Origin: Thermoproteota archaeon
GTDB lineage: Archaea; Korarchaeota; JAOZGF01; JAOZFZ01
Reading direction: 5' to 3'
Length of the DNA stretch: 44,330 nt
Assembly (NCBI GenBank): GCA_027491455.1
Contig: JAOZFL010000097.1
Span: 1-44,330, forward strand
Shown: positions 16,896-25,081 of the stretch, one piece after another
How the letters are laid out: each line of letters opens with the position of its first letter
Numbering within the stretch: position 1 is the stretch's first letter
The notes under the pieces: generated by a model
Told to the model about the DNA's origin: nothing
Database searches by the model: none
Seen by the model: the letters and a program-made list of their open reading frames with translations, nothing else
Made by a program: the position numbers and the translations under genes

Positions 16896-18310
16896 AAAGG
16901 AAAGAAAAGAGAATAAATGAAATACTGAAAGGTGTATTGAAGGAGATAAAACCAACTGAGAAAGAAAAAACAGAGATAAGAGAATTCATAGATAAGATTA
17001 TAAATGAAATCAGGATTATATGCGAAGAAGAAAATATAAAAGCCAAACCCATGGTTGTAGGCTCCTTGGCGAGGAACACTTGGCTTAAAGGAGATAAGGA
17101 CATAGATATCTTCTTGTTGCTCCCTGTAGAAATAGGAAAAAAACAATTGGAGCAGAATGTAAAAAGAATAGGTAAAAAGTTAAGCAGAAAAGAAAAAGCA
17201 AGAATGGTAATTAAATATGCGGAACACCCATATGTGAGGCTTATCTTTAACGACTATGAATTAGATTTAGTTCCATGTTATAGTGTTAAAGGAGTTCATG
17301 AAATGAAATCTTCAGTTGACAGAACTCCTTTTCATGTGAAGTACTTAGCTGCTAGAATGGACAGTAAAAGGGCGGATGAAGTTAGATTACTGAAGCAGTT
17401 CATGAAAGGGATCAATGTTTACGGTTCAGACATGAAAATAAGCGGCTTCTCAGGGTACTTATGTGAATTGCTAATTCTAAAATATGGCGGATTCATAGAG
17501 TTACTGAATAATGTTTCTTCATGGGGAAAGAAAGTTTTCATAGATATTGAGGGGTTCTATCAGGGAAAAGAAACACCTGAAAAATTTAAAGAACCTTTAG
17601 TAGTTGTAGACCCTGTTGACATGAACAGAAATGCAGCTGCTGCAGTTTCAAAGAAGAAGTTAAGCAGATTTATACTCGCAGCTGTTAATTTCTTAGAAAA
17701 ACCCAGTAGAAAATTCTTCTTCAAGGAAGAAAAGAAAATAACCCTATCCAAACTAAAAACTTTGATGAAGGAGAGGGATACATATTGGTTACTTATCAGA
17801 TTCAATTTACTTGTAAAGGAGCCTCCAGAAATAATATGGTCACAACTAAGCAAATTAGCTAAGAAAATAAGAAATCTAGCTGAGAAGAAAGATGTAAAGG
17901 TGCTTGACATTCGCTGGTGGACAGATGAAGAGCATGAAGGTGTCATTTTCATTGAAACAGAGAGAAGGAAGTTATCTAATATAAAAAAGCACTACGGGCC
18001 ATCTGTACTTCAAAGAGATAAGGGTCATGTTGAAAAGTTTATTAAAAAACATATTCAAAACAAATTGGTGATCAGAGGCCCCTATCTTGAAGAAGATAGA
18101 TTGGTTGTTGATTTAAAGAGGACGGAGACGGATGTAAAGAAAATAATCGCTGATGAAGTTATAAATAGAAACCTTAAGACGTCTTCTTCGCTGGGAGAAT
18201 CCCTTAAAAAGACCTTCATGGTTTTTGACAGCGAAGATCTAGAAAGGATACTTAAAAGCAGTTTTTATCCTTACTTTTCAAGGATATTGACTGAGAACAT
18301 ATGGATTTAA
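16892..18310 (+). CDS. cca: CCA-adding enzyme (archaeal class I tRNA nucleotidyltransferase)
   Basis: GSLARNTWLKGDKDIDIFLL catalytic motif and ~470 aa. The ATG overlaps the thpR TGA (ATGA). Confidence 0.9.
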   Translation: MKRKEKRINEILKGVLKEIKPTEKEKTEIREFIDKIINEIRIICEEENIKAKPMVVGSLARNTWLKGDKDIDIFLLLPVEIGKKQLEQNVKRIGKKLSRKEKARMVIKYAEHPYVRLIFNDYELDLVPCYSVKGVHEMKSSVDRTPFHVKYLAARMDSKRADEVRLLKQFMKGINVYGSDMKISGFSGYLCELLILKYGGFIELLNNVSSWGKKVFIDIEGFYQGKETPEKFKEPLVVVDPVDMNRNAAAAVSKKKLSRFILAAVNFLEKPSRKFFFKEEKKITLSKLKTLMKERDTYWLLIRFNLLVKEPPEIIWSQLSKLAKKIRNLAEKKDVKVLDIRWWTDEEHEGVIFIETERRKLSNIKKHYGPSVLQRDKGHVEKFIKKHIQNKLVIRGPYLEEDRLVVDLKRTETDVKKIIADEVINRNLKTSSSLGESLKKTFMVFDSEDLERILKSSFYPYFSRILTENIWI

Positions 18311-18566
18311 GCTCTAGAAACCTTTAAACACCCTTTCTTGGCTTTTGATACATCATAAGGATTACCCATCCTCTTCGGTTCATTGTGCAAATGCACTGCC
18401 ATGTTTTACAGAGTCTCTTGCTAATTAGGGAATTCCGGTGAGATAATGCCTCCCCTGGTTATAATGAAAACGACTAAATAGAAAGTATCCCCCCTCCCCC
18501 AAAATGTACATGATCACTTAAAAATTCTTGAGAGGTAAAGAAGCCTAAAACGAGGAAGACTGAGCC

Positions 18567-19772
18567 ATGTTTTTCGATTATATAGATGAGAAGCTTTCTA
18601 AACAATTGATCTTTAAAGATGAAAGTAAACTTTCAATTAACTATGTCCCTGAGAAGCTACCTTATAGAGACCATGCTATAAAGAGACTTTTTCAATTGTT
18701 TAAGAGGTTATTATCAACAGGTGGAAAAATATCGGTTAATGTACTTATAACTGGATGTCTAGGTACCGGGAAGACAGTCGTTTCGAAGAGATTCGGCTTA
18801 GATTTCGAGAAATTTTGCAGGAGTAAGGGTTTTTCATTTAAGTATATCCATATTAATTGTAGAGAAAGAAAAACCATATTCAGCGTTTTACTCCGTATAC
18901 TACAGCAATTAAATGTTTATGTTCCTAGTAGAGGATTATCACCTGATGAACTGTTACTCGAGGTTAAGAATTATGTATTGAACAATAGAAAATATTTATT
19001 GATAGCTCTTGATGAAGTGGATTTCCTGATTAAAAGGAGAGGATCAGCGTTTCTCTATAATTTTGCAAGATTATCAGAAGAAGATTTAACTAATAGGAGC
19101 TATCTTTCACTAATACTTATCTCTAGAGATGATCTTATAGAGAAATTTATAGAAAAACCTGCTTTAAGCACCCTAATGCTTAACAAAATAAAACTTGAGA
19201 GGTATAGTAAAGGACAGCTTTTTAATATTTTAATGGCTAGAGCTGAGGAGGCGTTATTCAAGAATTGTATATCGGAGGAGATTATCGAAATGATCGCTAG
19301 GTTGGCAGGTCCCTATGGAGATGCACGTTACGCCATTGAATTGCTTTGGAAATCAGGGAAAGAAGCTGAAGCAAACGGATTGAATGAAATAAAGCCTGAA
19401 CATGTGAGAAAAGCTAAATCATCCATCTATCAGAGGTATACACTAAACGATATTATTTCACTGAGTAATCAAGAAAAACTAGTGCTGTTATCCATTGTCA
19501 AGGCATTAAAAGAAAAAGAGAAACCTTACATTACAACTGGAGAGCTTAAACAAAAGTATAAATTAATTTGCGAGGAACTAGGTGTTGAACCTAGGACCCA
19601 TCCTCAAATTTGGTCATATTTAAGGGAGTTAAACAGCATAGGTTTAATAGAAACAATGCAGTCAGGGAAAGGATTCAGAGGACAAACAACTCTTATAGGG
19701 ATAAGCGAAGTACCTATTTTGCCGCTCGAGAGAATTCTAATTTCATCTCTTGAAGGGGGTAAAACTCAATGA
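18567..19772 (+). CDS. cdc6: Orc1/Cdc6 replication initiator (AAA+ plus winged helix)
   Basis: Walker A GCLGTGKT, Walker B ALDEVD, sensor regions, and a C-terminal wH (IWSYLRELNSIGLI). Confidence 0.9.
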   Translation: MFFDYIDEKLSKQLIFKDESKLSINYVPEKLPYRDHAIKRLFQLFKRLLSTGGKISVNVLITGCLGTGKTVVSKRFGLDFEKFCRSKGFSFKYIHINCRERKTIFSVLLRILQQLNVYVPSRGLSPDELLLEVKNYVLNNRKYLLIALDEVDFLIKRRGSAFLYNFARLSEEDLTNRSYLSLILISRDDLIEKFIEKPALSTLMLNKIKLERYSKGQLFNILMARAEEALFKNCISEEIIEMIARLAGPYGDARYAIELLWKSGKEAEANGLNEIKPEHVRKAKSSIYQRYTLNDIISLSNQEKLVLLSIVKALKEKEKPYITTGELKQKYKLICEELGVEPRTHPQIWSYLRELNSIGLIETMQSGKGFRGQTTLIGISEVPILPLERILISSLEGGKTQ

Positions 19773-19797
19773 ATAGTTGCTTAAAGGGGGATAAGCG

Positions 19798-20091
19798 ATT
19801 AAAATAGAGGATTTTCTTTGTTCTAAGTCCACCATAAAAATAATAAGAGTATTAATATTAAACAAGGAGTTAAATATAACTCAAATCATCAGAAAAACGG
19901 GTTTGAACCATAAAATAGTTTTAGATAGACTACTGAAGCTTCAAAGGATAAAATTAGTCAACGGAGTGGTTAGAGGGAGAAGCAGGGTGTTCACAGTCAA
20001 AAATGATAATCCTTTAACAGAACCTTTAATGAGGCTTTTTGATGCTTGGGAGGAGCTAAACCTATCTCTTTTTGAGGAAAGACCTCTCTGA
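19798..20091 (+). CDS. Small ArsR-like winged-helix protein, probably initiating at ATT 19798 (listed ORF starts at TTG 19903, inside the HTH)
   Basis: The frame is open from 19795. The translated upstream part is (M)KIEDFLCSKSTIKIIRVLILNKELNITQIIRKTGLNHKIVLDRLLKLQRIKLV, which forms a complete wHTH. GGGGGA lies 6 nt upstream of the ATT. Confidence 0.5.
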   Translation: MKIEDFLCSKSTIKIIRVLILNKELNITQIIRKTGLNHKIVLDRLLKLQRIKLVNGVVRGRSRVFTVKNDNPLTEPLMRLFDAWEELNLSLFEERPL

Positions 20092-21264
20092 TTTGTCTAG
20101 TTCAAGATAAGCCATTAATCTGTCACCAATTTTACTTGGATAACTAGATATTAGTTTGATAAAGGGTAAGTATTCCTTATATGCCTTTTTACTTGAGACG
20201 TGACATTTCCTTGATACTTTCAACAGTATGTTCTTTTCCATTTCCCTTGTCCCTCTTTGTGAACTCATTTTCCTGATGAAAGAAGGAAACCTATAGAAAA
20301 TGAATTTCCTTGGTTTTTCAATGTTCACAAAGGATGAGCCGCCTACCATTAAGTCAAATACATATTTTAGCAACGACCAATTACCTGTCTTCACTATTCT
20401 GCCGAGGTACATATCCGCCTTTGAAAATTTATCCATAGCCTCGGCTAGTTCCCTAGGTTTACTGTAAACCTGGTCAATATTCTCCACTAGCCACCTAAAC
20501 ATCAACTCATAATTTATATCAGCTCCTTCAATAGCTGATAATGCATCAATGAACTTCTTAGAATAAATTATTTTACTTATAGCTCTGAACACATCTAACT
20601 CTATGTTTCTTTGATCGATCCTCGCGGCTTCTCCCTTAAATTCATTTAAACTTTGCAAGTCGTTTAAAGCTGCTCTTAAGTCTCCATTAGAATTTAAGGA
20701 GATTCTCTTCAATAAATTAGCGTCGATTTTCAGCTTTTCAAGCTGCACAACCCTTTTCAAAATGGTTAAAACACTCGTCTTTGATAATCTTTTAAACGGT
20801 ATCATTTCACATTTTTCCCTGAAAACTCTTAGTTTAGGAGAATAAGCATCGTTAGTCGTTAAGACAATTGGGTATCTTGAATTATTAATTGTTTTAGCTA
20901 TGAAATTAACGACACCTGCCCCTAAATTATATAGGCTCTCTATTTCATCTATAAGAACTATTCTTCCCTTAGTTGAGAAAAGGTTTCCAAGTTTTGTAGT
21001 GTTTTCTAATTTTTCCTTTAGCATGCCTGCATCCTTTATCCTTGCTTGATCGATAACCACTATTTCAAGCCCTAATTCATTGGCTATTACCTCCACTAAG
21101 GTTGTTTTACCTGTGCCGCTTGGACCGTAGAGCAGAGCAGCTTTCCTAGTTTCTCCTTTTATGTATTTCTTGAGCCAAACCTTAAATTTTTCAAGAGCCT
21201 TTTTCTGATCGATAAATTCATTTAACTTTCTCGGTTTATACTTCTCAGTCCAAAGCTCATCCAT
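20062..21264 (-). CDS. rfcL: Replication factor C large subunit
   Basis: WTEKYKP N-terminus, Walker A GPSGTGKTT, Walker B LIDEIE, ~400 aa, adjacent to rfcS. Confidence 0.85.
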   Translation of the reverse strand: MDELWTEKYKPRKLNEFIDQKKALEKFKVWLKKYIKGETRKAALLYGPSGTGKTTLVEVIANELGLEIVVIDQARIKDAGMLKEKLENTTKLGNLFSTKGRIVLIDEIESLYNLGAGVVNFIAKTINNSRYPIVLTTNDAYSPKLRVFREKCEMIPFKRLSKTSVLTILKRVVQLEKLKIDANLLKRISLNSNGDLRAALNDLQSLNEFKGEAARIDQRNIELDVFRAISKIIYSKKFIDALSAIEGADINYELMFRWLVENIDQVYSKPRELAEAMDKFSKADMYLGRIVKTGNWSLLKYVFDLMVGGSSFVNIEKPRKFIFYRFPSFIRKMSSQRGTREMEKNILLKVSRKCHVSSKKAYKEYLPFIKLISSYPSKIGDRLMAYLELDKSERSFLKKR

Positions 21265-21287
21265 TCCCTTCCCACCGGAAATAAGAT

Positions 21288-22268
21288 CTATAGACTACCT
21301 ATAAGGGCAAATTTTGCCAGTAATGCGCTGAGCTGTATATCTGGATGCGCCCCCTCACTTAATCTATAATCTATTTCACCTATGTACTCTAGTAAAGATG
21401 TCTTCTGGTCTTCCTTTACATTATCAAGAGAAATAATTTCTCTATGTATCTGATAAAGGATATCTGGAGCTGAAACTCCATACTTTAGCATTAGATTGTA
21501 GAGAATCTCCCGTGACCCAGCAAACTTTCCCTTTAAAGCTAATTCTATCATTTTCCTTATTTCATGTGGATGGGCCCTCCCTGAAATGCTGTAAACAGTT
21601 TCTTCTGAAACTTCGCTTCCAATCGCAGATGCTGCTTGAAGTACATTTATCGCTCGCCTTAAATCTCCTTCTGCCACGTAAAGTATGGCCTGTAACCCGC
21701 CCTCCGTTACTTTAACATCTTCCTGCGAGGATATGTGACTTATCCTCTCCCTGATTTCCTCGTCAGGTATCTTAACGAACCTGAAAATAGCGGTTCTAGA
21801 CTGTATAGGCTCAATAATCCTTGAGGAATAATTACATATAAGTATAAATCTACAGTTTCTTGAAAAAAGCTCCATGGTTCTTCTTAAAGCCTGCTGGGCA
21901 TCTGAAGTCAAGTTATCTGCTTCATCGAGGCAAATAATTTTGTAGGGAAACTTTCCCAGAGGAGTGGATCTCGCAAAATCCTTTACTTTTGTTCTAATAG
22001 TGTCAATTCCTCTTTCATCGGATGCATTTAGCTCTATGAAGTTTGATCTAAGCCCCTCTTCTCCAAATAAATCATGTGCAAGGCATAAAGCAGCTGTCGT
22101 TTTCCCAGTACCAGGTGGACCTGCAAAAAGTAGATGAGGCAAAGTTTTTGTTTCAACGAAGACCTTTAGCCTCTCAACAACCTCGCCTTGGTTCACTATT
22201 TCATTCAATGTTATGGGTCTATATTTTTCGGTCCATACCCCATCTTCAAGCTTCATTTTACGTCCCAT
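21288..22268 (-). CDS. rfcS: Replication factor C small subunit
   Basis: WTEKYRP, GPPGTGKTT, CLDEADNLT, SRC-like region, SRTAIFRF. Confidence 0.92.
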   Translation of the reverse strand: MGRKMKLEDGVWTEKYRPITLNEIVNQGEVVERLKVFVETKTLPHLLFAGPPGTGKTTAALCLAHDLFGEEGLRSNFIELNASDERGIDTIRTKVKDFARSTPLGKFPYKIICLDEADNLTSDAQQALRRTMELFSRNCRFILICNYSSRIIEPIQSRTAIFRFVKIPDEEIRERISHISSQEDVKVTEGGLQAILYVAEGDLRRAINVLQAASAIGSEVSEETVYSISGRAHPHEIRKMIELALKGKFAGSREILYNLMLKYGVSAPDILYQIHREIISLDNVKEDQKTSLLEYIGEIDYRLSEGAHPDIQLSALLAKFALIGSL

Positions 22269-22455
22269 ACCTGAAGATTTTATTATTTATCTGTTCTTCT
22301 TACAGATTACAAAACCTGTGTTTCTATTAAATTAATAAAACCCTTTTTTAATTTTAAATTTCAAAGGGAAGACAGACTGCTATGCTTAATACGTTTCATT
22401 GAATTTAAAAATTAGAAACCTAAACTTTATTTTATAACTTGAAAGGTGTTATCCT

Positions 22456-22974
22456 TTGAGTTCAATCTTAGAACATCTTTATTCCTTAAGTGACTTGATT
22501 AAAGAAACAACTGCAAAATCTAAAAAGTCCATTCAATTGTTAGAAGAGGAAGGAGCAATAGGGGAAACTAAACCAGGGGAAATCATTAAGTTGCCTGCAT
22601 GGCAAATGGATTTATTGGTGAAAATGAAACTTGCTGAACTTAAAGTAGAGCCAGTAAGTTTAGAGACACTTTACAGAGTTTTGTCGCTTGAGGAATTTAA
22701 AAAGTTTAAACTCCATGGATTACCGAAGGATTTCTACATTAGATGTAAAGCGATGATGAACGTCGATTTTAAGCGAAAGAATAAATTTAAAGGTTTACTT
22801 AAGTCTCTTATGACTCTGAGGCTGCAAAAAATTCTAAAAATGGCAGCTAAATGCTTAGATGACCCTAAAGAAAGAGAAAAAATGACTTTCGAAGAAGAAA
22901 TAATTTTTGACGTAGTACGAAATTTTATTAATAACTGGAAAGAGCATATATTATCCTGTGAAGACAAGAAGTGA
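22456..22974 (+). CDS. gins23: GINS subunit, Gins23-type (B-domain then A-domain order)
   Basis: Directly upstream of and overlapping mcm (GTGA). The C-terminal helical A-domain-like segment carries LRLQKILKMAA and MTFEEEIIFDVV, typical of GINS. The gins23-mcm adjacency is known from Sulfolobus. Confidence 0.55.
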   Translation: MSSILEHLYSLSDLIKETTAKSKKSIQLLEEEGAIGETKPGEIIKLPAWQMDLLVKMKLAELKVEPVSLETLYRVLSLEEFKKFKLHGLPKDFYIRCKAMMNVDFKRKNKFKGLLKSLMTLRLQKILKMAAKCLDDPKEREKMTFEEEIIFDVVRNFINNWKEHILSCEDKK

Positions 22975-25055
22975 CTGAAGCTATGGAGCAATTGAAAATA
23001 ACAAGGGAAATTTTAGTTGAACAATTTAAGGACTTCCTCATGTCCTTTAAAATAAACGGGAAGGAAATATACCTCAACGAAATTAAGGGACTTCCTGAAA
23101 AAGAAGGGATATCTGTATGTATAGATTTAGATCATTTAACCCTTTACAATGAAGAACTCTCCAAGCTTGTGATGGTCAACCCTGAAGAAGCTGTTTCAGC
23201 AGCATCTGAAGCTTTAAGACAGCTGATCTCAAATGTAGACCCGGAATATGCAGATTACAAGGAACGTTTCTATGCCAGGTTCTTTAACTTGCTTTATAAA
23301 TCAACTATAAGAGAGCTTAGAGCAAATCAAATAGGTAGATTAGTGGAAATTGAAGGTGTCGTTACGCAAGCATCAATAATCCAAGCAAAACTAATTAAGG
23401 CAGCTTATAAGTGCTCTGAATGCGATGCAGTTTTCTATGTACCGATAGATGAAAGGTTAAAGGAGATAAAAGGGGTCCTTGTTGAAAGATGCCCGAACTG
23501 TAGAAGGAGATCTATGAATAAACTACTTTTAGAGAAAAGCCTTTTTATTGATTGGCAGACAATAAGGATACAGGAAGATCATGAAAATTTACCACCTGGG
23601 AGACTACCCAGGTCTATACTTTGCATATTAACAGAGGACCTTGTTGACAGAGCCAGACCAGGAGACCGGGTTGTGTTAACTGGTACACTTAAACCCTTGA
23701 AACCCCCAGGTATAAGGGAAAAAAGGAAACTGAGCTACTTCACCTATATAGACGTTAATTACATAAAGGCTAGGGGGGAAGAAATAGAGCAGATAGATCT
23801 TTCCCCCAGGGATCAAGAAGAAGTTGTTAAGTTATCGAAGACCCCTGGTGTTTCAAAGAAGATAATAGACTCAATATCACCGTCCATTTATGGATTAGAA
23901 GAAGTTAAAAGTGCAATTGCTCTGCTCCTCTTTGGCGGAGTACCAAAATATTTAAAGGATGGAACTAAAATAAGAGGAGACATCAACATTCTACTTATTG
24001 GGGACCCAGGTACAGGTAAAAGTCAAATACTGAAGTATGTAGCAAAAATAGCTCCAAGAGGCCTATACACAACAGGTAAAGGGTCAACAGCAGCTGGTTT
24101 AACGGCGGCTGTTGTTAGAGATACAATGACAGGTGGTTGGACGCTTGAAGCTGGAGCGCTGGTCCTAGCCGACAAAGGAACTGCTTGTATAGATGAATTT
24201 GATAAAATGAGCAATGAAGATAGAATAGCCATTCATGAAGGGATGGAGCAGCAAACAATTTCCATAGCTAAAGCTGGAATAGTCGCTACTCTGAATGCTA
24301 GAGCCTCCATTCTTGCAGCTGCAAACCCAGCATGGGGGAGATATGATGAATCCCGATCGCCCTCTGAGAACATAAATCTACCGCCAACTATCCTCTCCCG
24401 TTTCGATCTGATATTTCTTTTGAAGGATGAACCAGAAAAGAAAAGAGATGAAAAAATATCCGAATTTATCCTCGATTTGCACGCTAAGGAGGGAGCTGAG
24501 ATCAAACAGCCCATTTCACCTGAGACTTTGAGAAAGTACATTTTATACGCCAGAAGATACGTCTTTCCCCACTTAACTAGTGAAGCCATGGAAATAATCA
24601 AGGAGTTCTACATGAAAATGCGTGAAAGGAGTAGCAAGCAGCAAGGAGCTATAGCTATAACACCTAGACAACTAGAGGCTTTGATCAGGATGTCTGAAGC
24701 GAAAGCAAAGCTAGAACTAAAAAAATGGGTTACGAAAAGCGACGCTGAATTCGCCGTCAGACTGATGGAATATTATTTAAATGAACTAGGATATGAGGAG
24801 CAGTTAGGAGTCATAAACATTGATAAGATAACCACAGGTGTAACTCTTTCTAGGCGTCAGAGACTGATTTCTTTGTACGATACCTTAAAAGAAATGTATT
24901 CTCAAAAGAAAACACCTGTTCCGGTAGAGGAACTAATAGAAATATTTTCTCAGACACATAACATCTCACAAACAGTTGTGAAGGAAGATTTGAGGAAGCT
25001 TATTTCCTCTGGGAGAATCATGTCACCAAGGGAGGGGCATGTAATCCCACTGTAA
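22971..25055 (+). CDS. mcm: MCM replicative helicase
   Basis: Zn motif CSECD...CPNC, Walker A GDPGTGKSQ, Walker B CIDEFDKM, arginine finger SRFDLIF, C-terminal wH. Normal length, so no intein. Confidence 0.95.
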   Translation: MTEAMEQLKITREILVEQFKDFLMSFKINGKEIYLNEIKGLPEKEGISVCIDLDHLTLYNEELSKLVMVNPEEAVSAASEALRQLISNVDPEYADYKERFYARFFNLLYKSTIRELRANQIGRLVEIEGVVTQASIIQAKLIKAAYKCSECDAVFYVPIDERLKEIKGVLVERCPNCRRRSMNKLLLEKSLFIDWQTIRIQEDHENLPPGRLPRSILCILTEDLVDRARPGDRVVLTGTLKPLKPPGIREKRKLSYFTYIDVNYIKARGEEIEQIDLSPRDQEEVVKLSKTPGVSKKIIDSISPSIYGLEEVKSAIALLLFGGVPKYLKDGTKIRGDINILLIGDPGTGKSQILKYVAKIAPRGLYTTGKGSTAAGLTAAVVRDTMTGGWTLEAGALVLADKGTACIDEFDKMSNEDRIAIHEGMEQQTISIAKAGIVATLNARASILAAANPAWGRYDESRSPSENINLPPTILSRFDLIFLLKDEPEKKRDEKISEFILDLHAKEGAEIKQPISPETLRKYILYARRYVFPHLTSEAMEIIKEFYMKMRERSSKQQGAIAITPRQLEALIRMSEAKAKLELKKWVTKSDAEFAVRLMEYYLNELGYEEQLGVINIDKITTGVTLSRRQRLISLYDTLKEMYSQKKTPVPVEELIEIFSQTHNISQTVVKEDLRKLISSGRIMSPREGHVIPL

Positions 25056-25081
25056 ACTACTTTACAGGGGAGGGACTAGAA

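Noticed and set aside
16838-17146. Two minus-strand ORFs (16838..17146 and 16852..17103) across the thpR/cca junction
   Set aside because: Phe/Ser-rich shadow ORFs antisense to the K/E-rich N-terminus of the CCA-adding enzyme.
19899-19909. gggtttgaacc (reverse complement ggttcaaaccc), a tRNA T-arm-like string
   Set aside because: The flanking bases cannot form a T stem or an acceptor stem, and the string lies inside the wHTH coding sequence. I found no convincing tRNA anywhere in the window.
22269-22455. AT-rich divergent spacer between rfcS and gins23, considered as an alternative origin
   Set aside because: It contains no repeated ORB-like or G-string elements and is adequately explained as two divergent promoters.
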